Positions 11,634 through 22,984 of a stretch of DNA of 33,040 bases are shown piece by piece (within the stretch, counting starts at the first letter, position 1; the number at the start of each line of letters is the position of its first letter). Source of the DNA: Paraglomus brasilianum (lineage: Eukaryota); contig CAJVPI010000366.1 of NCBI GenBank assembly GCA_910592345.1, positions 1 through 33,040 of the forward strand, read 5' to 3'. Under the pieces are notes generated by a model. It saw nothing but the letters and a program-made list of their open reading frames with translations. It searched no databases and was not told where the DNA came from. Both the position numbers and the translations under genes were made by a program.

Positions 11634-14452
11634 AACTGCTTGTGTGCAAAAATAGGAAAAGAGAAGTGGTCGGGCAAAAGACGCAGAAATATTGACTGTG
11701 TTACGGCAAAATTGATAACGTTGACTGCTGATTTGATTGTGTTGACAGAAGATTAATTGGGGCAGCGGGGCTTTGCTCCAGTTATTGGGCAACGTTAGAC
11801 AATTCGGCTTAGAGTACAAAATTTGAGGGGTGTGTCAAAATTGGGATCATTCACATCCTTCAACTCCAACTATAATCAGTCTTGTAAAACCATGAATAGA
11901 ATTATTTTGTTATTATCAGTCTGATATTAATATAGCCAATTTTATCCGCTTTATTTGTTATCCCAAACTTATTGTTTGTTTTTTCTTTGTTGTCAAGAAA
12001 TTGGGTTCTAACATAAAGTCAGCTTGACTAGAATTAGCCACAATTCGTTTCATGAATAGTGGGTTTTTTAATAACCCAAAAAGATTCTAGTGGACACCTT
12101 TGGTTTATTAAAAAGAATTACTCATTGTCCATGACCATGTATACATTATATTATATTAGCGATCCTGAGAGAAACAACTGCTATTTGCCAAGTTTATTAC
12201 AGTTAATTTCTCGGAATTCAGTAACCTCACTGGGAAATTAGAATGAGGGAGAGAAACAATTGGCGGATGGATTAGGTGTAAGAAAAACTACTTGTAAGCA
12301 TTAACCGCATGTTCGCACGCTACTTCAGTATTCGTACTTGTAATTTCGATGACAACCACGAGGTCAGGATTAATTTTAACTTTAAAATATTCCCGGGAAT
12401 CCTCCAACTCCAGTTGTAGTTAGATACATACTCTGTGTATCAATGCTTTACATAACTCAATCTCGTACAAATATTCACTTATTACACTCTGCATAACCTG
12501 TTATAATGCCACAAGCCACTAGTCTCATACTTTTATACAGTACCGTCTCAAAGTCACCTGTTATCCTTTGCATTGTAATTAATGCCTGAATTTAACGCAA
12601 TCGGGGAGAGTTGAAATATCGTGCTAGTTGATGAGGCTGAAAATTTAGTCCAATACAGCCCGTAAATTTAATATTGCATTTCCAAGATGGCGAAAGAAGA
12701 GGATAAATTATGTTGCAGACGAGAGAAAGGTAAAAGGGTTTGATTAGTTTTTTATATTCATTCTATTACAAATGCATAATTTTAAACCTGGTAACATTAC
12801 CGCAGAATATGCTCACACGAACATGGAAAGAACGGCCGTTTAAAAATAACCAAGAATGTTATTGCTTTTTTACGTGGTCGAATAATAATAATAATAATGT
12901 TATTATTACATGTTATTGCAAACTAATGATGTGGCCAAATAAGCCACTTTTGGCATTTAAGCCACATCATGTAAACGCTTATCAGCGATTTTACAAGATA
13001 GCGACTTTGCGCCACACGGCTTCATTAGCATCGCCAGTCCCAGAACAGATACATAATTATACTTTGCTTCGAGTGCTCTCCCTATGGCTGTGTTCAGCGG
13101 GACGTCAAAGCTTTGGCAGCTCGTTTTTGCAAATGCTACAACAAAAGGAGACAACATTAGACGAGGCCGAGAATTCCTCGAAACCCGGTTGACCGGATCA
13201 GAAGAGAGGCTTATGGCCAACCCGCCACTTGTCCTATCCACAATTAATTGAAACCCCAATTAAAACTCGTTACTATACATACCGGTAAACATTTAACAAA
13301 TACGTCTGGAACTTTATAACGTCAGCGTGTAGACGGACTGGTCATCACCAACTTGGCATTATCCATTCATCTTCTTTGAAATTGCCAACAGGACCCGAGT
13401 TAAACATGTCCTCTATTCAAAACACCAGAGCATTTACATCGGCGTCAACTAGCTAGCATACGAAATATTCTTGATAAAAATGGTGCATTAGTAAGACAGA
13501 ACTCGGGATGTCCAAGTATAAATAGAAAATCGAGTTAGAAGTGCTTATACGAAAGAAAACGTCCGTCACCTTTTCTGACAGAAATATAATGTAAGTCTTT
13601 TTGACTTCACTTCTCAACAAATGTGTAATAGTAGCTTACAGTATACTGTATGTTAGTCCTACTCTTTACGAGTGTAATAAATTATCAGAATACCAATATG
13701 TATTTACAGCACATAATAAGCATAGATTATCATCGACATCAAAGTAAACCAATACTTTGTTAATCTAGATGAAAAGCAAAGCTCGTCGCATGGCGTAATA
13801 ATATTCCCGTATGTGGGTAGTGTCACTACATATTGCTCATGGAATATTCGCCGATATAATAACAAATCTTCAATATTTTCCACGTAAAGATTTTGTAATA
13901 ATTTATTCCTATGTTCCAGTGTCCAGTTTGTCTTCTTAAAGACTTTGATGAGCCTGTAATAATATATGCTTCTTTTGTTAGTACGCATCACCGCGTACCT
14001 GCGAGTTGGACGCGCACGTAAATATTCACGCCCCTTTTTATTTCCTGCATAAATTGTTGTTGCTGTAAACTTGTGAGTTAGACGCGCATGTAAATACTTG
14101 ACCTCAAATTCTCTAGCAACATTACATATTAATATGCTGACAAATTATCTATTAAAGATTTTTCGGTTGGTTGTTTTTATTACTACAGGATATCATACTT
14201 ACCTAATTGATATTAGTTTGTGTAACTTATCAGCGCGTCTGTTCATTGTGTCCATAGAAAAACCTTTTACGTACTGACACAACCACAACATCAAGGACCA
14301 TTTACGTAGCTCACAATATAATCAATTACCTCATCGGAATTTTATATACTGTTTGCGACCAATTCTTAGTGGCCTATTAACAGTTACTGTATCTCTATTA
14401 ATTGATGGCAAAATTATATACATATCGACGCCACACAATTGATTGCTACGCA

Positions 14453-14566
14453 TGTTGTGTCCGAGTTCAGGACCTACCTCAGTTCAGAATGTCCAGAACT
14501 CAGTTCCAAACCCAGAATTCAGTTGTCTCGGTCCAGAACTGAGACAGGTCTCCAACTGAGATACAA
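14453..14566. mobile_element. Short MITE-like element with imperfect inverted termini (TGTTGT start), copy 1
   Basis: The left arm TGTTGTGTCCGAGTTCAGGACCTACCTCAGTTC resembles the reverse complement of the right arm GAACTGAGACAGGTCTCCAACTGAGATACAA. The core TCAGTTGTCTCGGTCCAGA.CTGAGACAGGTC is shared with 15076-15107. Confidence 0.6.
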
Positions 14567-15039
14567 AGTACTTCTAAACCGTCAATCACGGAGGTACTGT
14601 GGAAGTGAGATTTAGCCTGGTATACATAGGAAGCGAACGTCAAGTAATTAAGACCTTATGTAGAAAATACGGCTAATAACTCTTGGGGCGCCGTAGGATT
14701 AAGGCTTGTGCATCCAAGCAATATTCGCAATCATAGTACGAGAGTAAGAGTACCAATGAGAAAAAGATCCCTAATTAATGGAGTTAAAAAATGGTAAGTG
14801 AATTAATTTGCCATAACATGAGGAGTTGGACGGCAGTATCTTATATTAAGCTTAGTTGACCACTCATCTTACTATTTATCATAGCATAACTGATATCAAC
14901 TCTGCAGCAATTGGCTTGATGAAATTTTCCTAGCAAGTAAGGAAACAATGTTTTTACAAGTTTCTTGAGGACTAGACCTTTTATCAATAATGGGGAAAAA
15001 AGAAAAGGCACGTTAATTATAAAGTTGGTTGTGAGAATC

Positions 15040-15135
15040 TGTCTCGGTTCAGAACCCAGCCACTCAGTCCAGAGCTCAGTTGTCTCGGTCCAGAGCTGAG
15101 ACAGGTCCCAAACTGAGACAGGGTGAGGTACAACA
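15040..15135. mobile_element. Second, partial copy of the same MITE-like element (ends ACAACA)
   Basis: A 32-bp core matches 14519-14550 with one mismatch. The copy ends ...GAGGTACAACA, complementary to the TGTTGT start of copy 1. Confidence 0.55.
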
Positions 15136-17914
15136 CTTACAAGTTGCAAGATCGGCTAATGTACTGAGAAAGCATAACTGCAAATGTTCTAATTCTTTTT
15201 CAACAAAACAAATATATTAAAAGTCAGAAATCGCTGTTTTTAGTTAAAACTTCAGATTGGCCAAATATTTGTGAAATTGCAAGCCAATAAATTTAATAGC
15301 TGCGATATCGTAAGCAATGGTTTAACTGTAAAAAGCAGACTTGCGTCTTTATTCTACATCACAATGCATCTCTTTTTTACTAGACATTTCCGCAGAATAA
15401 CACTCCTAATACTGTATATTAATATGTTAATTGGCCGTTAACTATAATTACATGTTCTTCCGTAGAGCAATCATCAATTACCATCTTTTTTACGGAACAA
15501 TTTCAATCGTAGAGTCTGTTATGTAAGTGTGTTTTAATGCGTAATAACTCATTCTGACATTATAGCTAACATTCGAGTCTTATATGTTCTGGGCGTGTAA
15601 TCTTTCTTACTCTATGATTGCCAAACGGTTTGATTATTCTGCAGAATAAAAATAACAAAGCTGTATGTAGCTATAAATCAATTAGTCAGTGAATTTGGAA
15701 GATAAATAAAAGCGCATTTTGAAAAAAAGACGATTACAAAGACACGAAATTACGTACGCTGCATATTCACCCCTTCAAAAATCACATCGCTTTCTTTTAC
15801 GTACAAAAAATACTAATTATAGTATAGACGAAACAAGGCCAATTTTTTTTTTACAAGTCAAGATTATCCGAATATGCAAATTAGACAAAGCAATAGTAAT
15901 GGTTTCTTCTGCAGTGAGTGATTCTATGCTGATGTAATTAAAAGACGAGGATAAATTAGCATTTCTAAATTCGTTTCCTCATTAAAAGAAGCTTGATTTT
16001 TTTTATCCAACAGAAACATGACACATATTCGAAGTTTCTTGCAAGACGACGCAAAGACATCATGCGACACCCATCGAACCTTATGACCTGACCTGTGCTT
16101 GTCTATGACTTTCCCAAACAGATATATTAGCGTACATATTTGGGAGTCAGACTCGCATAAGACAATGTGTCAGGTGTTGTGGCAGTGTGTTTGCTTAGGT
16201 ATAACTATATCCCAACTCGCACATTGTCGGGCAAAACGTGCATTCGTGTACCAATTACCGTTGTGCTAAAAACGTCACGTCACCAAAGAACAATCGTGGA
16301 CAGTAAACAAATCCAATATAGTAAATCTATCCATTGTGTCATTCACAAATTACAATCCGAACAACAATGTCTTTACTCGACATTGTGATGTTCAATGTAT
16401 TGACATATTCAGGCAGTCGTTCCCAACATTGAGATGCGTGCGTGCGTAGTCAGGTGAACATAATAAAGCGGGGGTTCAATGATTGTAATGGAAAGTGATG
16501 TAAACAAAGATCGGATTAAACCAATTAAACCGTGGTCGATCAAAGGAATATGGTAAGCCTAATTAACATTGTTTTTCAGTTTTATGTCGCGTGGAAAGAA
16601 ATTAATTCGCTCGCTTATGGATATGCAGTCTTTTATTAATATTGTCCGGTTATTCCGTCGGATATCGTTCAATTAGATACTATATTAATATCAAACATGG
16701 TCTATTATTAATTGTAATGTTATTATTAAATGCAGATAAAATTATAGCAATAACGATTACATATAATATTATCCATAACTAGAAAGTCATGTTCCTTAAC
16801 AATTGCTTCTCTACTAGTTCTATTACTATTCGCTTCAACTATCGTGGCAGCGTCAGCAGAAAAGACACAAATATAAATAGGCTGCATCAAGAGTCTCTCT
16901 CTCTCCACCCTTGAATGCCATATGATTGATGGATAAAATGTTGGATAAAGTAATTGCATCGTATGATTGATTGTCTACAGTGATCATGTTACAAACATCC
17001 ACGTTTTATCCATTCATACTCTTCCTTCCTTTATATCAACCCTATGCCTTTCTCTCTTTCTTTTTTTTTTTTTTTTTTTTACTTTTCTTTACCACAACGA
17101 TCATCGCACATATTTTGATGCGGAGAAAGCAACGACAATCAGAATTAAAGACGCTTAAAATTGTAAGTAAAGAGTATTGTAATACAATATCCGATCACAA
17201 TATCGAAATATTGCTCTTAAATAATAATTTATTGATTGTAAACTTATTTGTAATAAAACGCTCGAGATAGAATAAGCATAAACCCAAACTTCACGAAAAT
17301 AAACGAATAGGCTAATATATACCGATTACTAATAATGAATTACTACAATTTTCAATAGAAAACTTCTCTTGTTGTAAATAAAACGGGCAGCAGTGATACC
17401 ACCAACTCAAGGAGAGATCTACTTGACAAAAAGAACTTATTCCTCTATATCAACTATGCATGTTTCCTGCACTCGAGAAAATAAACTCTCACTCTCAACA
17501 ATAATGATATAGGATATACCTGCAACGCATATTTTTCATATCATTTCTCGTTAGAGTTTAGAGTCGAAAAGTTGAATAGAGGAATTAATGTCAAAAAATG
17601 TAAGTATAATTAATATGACATAAAGAAAATTCATTATATAAATTCAGAAAAAAAGATGTATTTTTTTTAGATAAACGTGAACGTGGGGGGAAAAGAGCTG
17701 TTAATATGATATAATGACATAGAAATCTCGACAAATTCATTACTAAAATTGGCATATTTTCATAATTCACTCTTTCTATAGTTCGCATATTGGTCGGCCG
17801 TGTTGGACAGCCCTCAAAAATTTCATTCGATCAAATAATATTTGCATTCACAGTTTTATTCTACTTGGATCACCCCTTGTTATAGTCACCCTCTTTAGTC
17901 ATTTGCTCCCGATA

Positions 17915-18559
17915 TCAAGATGACGTTTCTTCATAGAATGAATGAGTCATTATTAATGCAGGGGTTGCAGCAAAGTGGAGCACACTAACATCCTTCCAAA
18001 AGAACTCCCGTGTACGAGACATATCTCTGTTATCGCTGGTGCTATACTCTAAAACGTAGCCCAACGGGGAATTTATAGAGTGCTTGGTGGTTAGCCTCAA
18101 TAAATCTCTATGTTCTTTGGATGATGGTTGTACTCCGCTCGCATAGCATTTCCTGCGGATGGCCAATGCCAATTTAGATTTCCTATACAACCTGAAAGTT
18201 TGTTTGGCCGTCTTTATCTCAAATACTATTCTCCCTTCATCAGTCATTCCTTTCATATTCATGCTTATCGGCTTATCGTGGTAAGACACAGTCCTTGCTA
18301 TTCCACAGACGATCATTTGTATACAAGTAGGTCGTGATTCGAAATAGTTGCGAGTGATAGTGTAAGTAATTCGTTGGCAAATTAATTTCCATCTTTTATT
18401 CACTCTTCGCAGAATCCAGAGCTTATTGGGTGGGTTTATGTAAGAGAGAATAGCAAAGAGAAGTTCGTTAGGAAAATGATCGAGAGAGTAGGGTGTATGG
18501 GAAGGGGTTTCGAGGGTGACTGTTTGGAACCTTGTAGCTAACGAGTGAATGCATTCCAT
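17915..18559 (-). CDS. F-box domain protein, single exon, about 214 aa
   Basis: First ATG at 18559 (MECIHSL). F-box motif LDHFPNELLFAILSYINPPNKLWILRRVNKRWKLIC. Open frame to the stop at 17915. Confidence 0.75.
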   Translation of the reverse strand: MECIHSLATRFQTVTLETPSHTPYSLDHFPNELLFAILSYINPPNKLWILRRVNKRWKLICQRITYTITRNYFESRPTCIQMIVCGIARTVSYHDKPISMNMKGMTDEGRIVFEIKTAKQTFRLYRKSKLALAIRRKCYASGVQPSSKEHRDLLRLTTKHSINSPLGYVLEYSTSDNRDMSRTREFFWKDVSVLHFAATPALIMTHSFYEETSS

Positions 18560-18870
18560 AATTGTTTGGGGGGGGAGGTAAAGAGAAAGAGCAACCGACT
18601 GTTCCATCAATTCACATTTTTGTAGCACTGCATGCCGAGTCAATTGGAAAATCCAAAATTAGAATGCATGATATAACGATAATATCTAATAGAAATTCTA
18701 TTGTTCTTTTAATAATACAGGTACTCTTATTCGAAGTCTCAAGGGTCAATACTATAAGTTCTTTTTGTATGCATTTATTAAGCAATACATAAAAAATAAT
18801 AAAAGCTATTTATGGAAATGTTTACGAAAGATCTGCTCATTTAATGTCACATGCTGATCAGCACCCAATA

Positions 18871-19020
18871 CAGTGGACTCTTCCCCAAGTGCAGCTTCTC
18901 TAAGTGCAAGCATTATATTTTCCCTCCCTAAATGGAGCTTATAAGACCATTAGGTATTTCACTCTCTATAAATGCAGGTTTTATATAAATCTAGGTCGTG
19001 TCTGATTTGGCCATATGGTC
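18871..19020 (+). mobile_element. Tc1/mariner-pogo-type MITE, copy 1 (left TIR intact)
   Basis: TA|CAGTGGACTCTTCCCCAAGTGC. The internal TTTCCCTCCCTAAA..TGGAGCTTATAAGACCATTA.GTATTTCACTCTCTATAAATG..GGTCGTGTCTGATTTGGCCATATGGTC is shared with 25940-26050. Confidence 0.75.
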
Positions 19021-19642
19021 TCGTGCGTGTGCGCTTAGTATTAGGGTATATGCCTAGCGGTTTTTCGAAGCTAGACCGATGTTACGTTTGTGTCAAAACA
19101 AAGGCGATATCATGTACCACAAGGATCTTATAGGGATTTCCAAAATAGTAAAAATTCTACCGGGTAACACTCCCGATATATAAGCATGGCCTAAAAAATG
19201 TCACGATAGATCCCCACTGAAGATAATCAGAGATCTTCTTGATAAGAAACAGCTTTTAATTGGTTTAGGAGAAGTTAATATTAATGTTAATAGTCGATCG
19301 TAACCAATATTTGAACTATAGATATCAACTGATAAATGCTCATTTGACATCAATTCTTTCAGAACTAATAATCTATTGTAGTTGGTGCTCGTTTAATTGG
19401 ATTAAACCCGGTAAAGAACTTAATAGTCGTGCTATCTACATATCAATTATTAGTTTGACAGCGACTATATTACTAATGGTAACTAAATTGTCACGCTCCT
19501 AATAAAATATACAAAATGACATTTTCTTGGCCAACTCTATGAGTCCAACTGTAATGATACAAACTTTACCCATGGTCAAGAAACGAACATCACAAAACCA
19601 GCATTAATTTGAATTAAGTAGGATACCATGGGTGAACACATA

Positions 19643-19760
19643 CGGTCGAACCTCCATAAAGGAACAGGCCTCTCATAAAAACATTTTATCATGGGACGAA
19701 TCTGACTTATTAGTAAATGAATAAACTCTATAAGAGAACACCTCTATGATAAAACATAAT
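19643..19760. mobile_element. Possible degenerate pogo-type MITE left end
   Basis: TA|CGGTCGAACCTCCATAAAGGAAC followed by related subterminal units (CCTCTCATAAAAAC, CTCTATAAGAGAAC, CCTCTATGATAAAAC). No right TIR was found. Confidence 0.3.
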
Positions 19761-20687
19761 TTGGCTGTCTGACTGTGTAGTAATAGTCATTGGCGACAAC
19801 GATAGAAAGAGAACGCGAACCACAGCATTCTGGTTTTGAAGAAGCATTGACGGACGCTATGATGCCCACTTAACCAAGCCTTTCGTAATACCAATTTTTT
19901 CTGCTGATAAACCTAATTTTGCGACTGTGTTCGTCAAGCCATTATAACCTTACTTGATTGTTTGAGCATCAGAACTTTGTACTCTAACAGCCAAAGTCGT
20001 ATCACTACAACCTGGTCTAGATCAGATTCTTGCATTAGACATTGAAAAGCATACCATTTGGATATACTAATACAGTACATTGATCAATATGGGCAAGGTA
20101 GTATGTAATCAATAAAGATATCAGTTCGGAAATCATACATAAGAGTTAATATTAACCTTCCTTTTAATTGGGGTACAAACTTGAAAATTATGTACTGAGC
20201 AAAACAATCACTATGGGTACAGTATATACGGGATAAGATAATGACAATAATTACAATGAAAATGTTCTAATATTTATAATAAGTATGCAGAGTATACTCG
20301 GCAGTCTGTGTGTGTTTTGATCCCCGGATATATATACAAATGTATTGTTTATTCGTTGCTTATTTGAATAATTTATATTCTATAATAATAAGATGATTTA
20401 GAACTTTGTTCGCCAAAAGCAAAGAACATATAATTTTTGGTATAATCGGTTATATTAGTTATTTAGCAAACTAAAGGTGTGTTGACAAAATGTGTTCAAG
20501 ACAGCGCTGACTGCTGGCATTTATTGAAAAAAGTATGTATTTGGCATGTCAAAAAGTCTATATGCATAGGAACGCCTTTAATCATGAGAAATTATAGGAT
20601 GTCAAATAGTATACCGAATATTTCGATCGTACTGAGAGGATTTCATAAATCATGACCTTACTATACTTAGAGCATATCTTATAATAA

Positions 20688-20813
20688 TGTTCTGACCCAA
20701 ATCGCAATCCGACCCAATTCGAAATATTCCGATAACATCACGTAAAAAATTGGTGTGATATTTAGATAATGTGCCTATTTCGAATTGGGTCAAATTGCGA
20801 TTAGGTCAGAACA
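20688..20813. mobile_element. 126-bp MITE with about 38-bp TIRs and TGT...ACA ends
   Basis: Left arm TGTTCTGACCCAAATCGCAATCCGACCCAATTCGAAATA versus reverse complement of the right arm TGTTCTGACCTAATCGCAATTTGACCCAATTCGAAATA. Flanks ATAA / AGAA could be a 4-bp TSD with one mismatch. Confidence 0.8.
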
Positions 20814-22984
20814 AGAATACCCCTTTAAGTTAGAGACGCTACTCAATGTTAGGATTTCATGAAAAAATTTTTCAATGAACAATGCAGATACATCATGTGG
20901 TAATTAATCGAATATAATAAACGCGCGCGTACACGGTTATATTTTAATCTCCCAAAATTTTCTTTTATCTCACATCCCCGTCTCTAGTTATAGTATCGAC
21001 CTCTCTCCAGGAATCAGAGAAATTGGATAATAATTTACAAACTACTGAGACTATTGAACAGAGGTATAGTATATTGATGAACACTTCTCCAACTTACAAA
21101 CATATTATTTATTCGTAAAATCTCCTTGTTTATAACGTCTTGGTTTTTAGAATTTTGGAACTGCCATTATACTAAATAGCCAAGTCTCAATTAGTATTCG
21201 GACCATTTACGTGATGTCGGCGAAGATCGTGTACACCATTCGTTTACAAAAGAGATTACAACATTGCGCAAGCTGTTTGCAGATGAACATCCAGCTCAAC
21301 TATGTCTTAAACAATTGGAGAGCCAGATAAAGGTGATGTACTAAGTAAGAAAAAATGCCTTGTGTTTGTTGTGGTGAGCGCTTGAGCGGGAAGTTCTCGT
21401 TGGGGTCAGAGAGATGTTCAGCAAAAAATGGTTAGAAATCTCTTCGTTTGTCCAGTTAATGCTTCAGTGCAAAAAAGGCCGTTTGCTTGTGAGCAAAGTG
21501 CATCCTCGTCTGACTAAAATATAACTCTCGGTTTTTCTTCTTCTTTATATGTTGTGCTTTGATATTGTTCTACTTCCTCTTTTTTTTCATTGATTATCTC
21601 GGATGCGTCGATATCAACAAGAAGTAACTAATGCAACAAAACTGCTTGTCAAAAAGGCGACTATAAAAAAGGATCTAGTTTTTTTATTTTGAAATATTTT
21701 TTGGCAGTTCAACAATAAATCTGTCTCGTGAAAATATTTTCAGGATCCTGCGATATCGGCACTTTTCATGAAGAAACGAAATTAGTTAGCGTAAGCTATT
21801 AGCCGATGAAGACCATTCTGATTCTAATCATAGAAAAGCAGGTTGTTTAAAAAGGTTTCGAACCGATCTATATGAAGGAAAACTTGGTTTTACAAACTAG
21901 AAATTCGTTGGTCAAAGCTCACAAAGAAAAATTAAGAGACTATTTAGCATTTATTAACAACGGTTGCGTAATAAATTTCATTAATCATTTGGGATACCCA
22001 TAATAAAGAAGCAAAGTGTTGGCTATTTAACTTATTCTTCTCTTCTATTTTACTTTTTGCCAACTCATATACTCTCTCTTTTTTTTACAAGAAGGCCTAG
22101 TAGACTAACGGATATAATCCCTCTTTATTATCTTTATTTTCGTGCCATATACTCCCCACGTAAAATCCGGTCGTTGAAAGGGACTCGATTTCATGAAGTG
22201 TGCGCCTTCGGTGCCTTTGCTTTTTGCCAGCTGTGGTGTTACTCACCGCGCCTTAGTAATTCTGCTTCTTCTGATGATAAAGTTACTGTATGTTTTCTGG
22301 TAGGTCATGGTAATGCTCGGATAAAATCCTGACCAAGTTGGTAAGCACCAGGAAATTAATTAGTATATCTCTCTTCCAAGCTTCAGCGCCTAGGAGATAA
22401 CAAACCGGCATATGAATCAAAAACACAATGGAAGCCACTTCTTTATAATCGTTTATTACATTTCTTCTAACCATGAGACGCTGACAATATGTAGAATGGT
22501 TTTTTTGCTTTGTTCGTAGTATTTTCTCATGTCTTGTAGGCATATCTATTTCACTACCAAAGTTTTGGTGCGCGCTATATTTTAAATCGTTATCTTGATG
22601 TCATTTAGTTTATCTGGTTATACAACTAATTTCGTTTAATAGCCTGTTGAAGGCGTTATGATTTATGAATTATCCAGCGTAGTCTCAATCGACAAGTCGA
22701 ATACTTTGTCATGTTCTCTTTCCAGTATTTTCTCCAACACAATGATAATAGTAATAATAGTCAGCCTGGACTGAGCAGGCCAAGAATTTTAAGTGATGCT
22801 ATTCAGTATTATGTTATCCCCCAGAGTATCAATTTTATAACGCTTCTATCTAGTACACATAGTTCTCCTTTGCAAACCGAGATTTATTCCAGTGGTCTGG
22901 GTAAAAGACTTAACAATAAACAAATACATATAAACTATATTCATTACTTCTACTAGCGAGCCAACTTAAAAAATTTCATTCGCG

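Noticed and set aside
7607..11677. Short antisense and alternative-frame ORFs overlapping DRS2 (likewise 23248-25807 over PFS2 and 18128-18337 over the F-box gene)
   Set aside because: Shadow ORFs of real exons with no independent motifs.
13704..14100. 95-aa ORF and adjacent duplicated GAGTT.GACGCGCA.GTAAATA motif
   Set aside because: No recognisable domain and no partner TIR. Too weak to annotate.
16967..17270. Hydrophobic ORFs with poly-Phe
   Set aside because: Artefact of a T homopolymer run.
21100..22020. Protein-like fragments (e.g. DHLRDVGEDRVHHSFTKEITTLRKLFADEHPAQL)
   Set aside because: Short, broken by stops and not assignable to a family. Probably decayed multicopy gene pieces.
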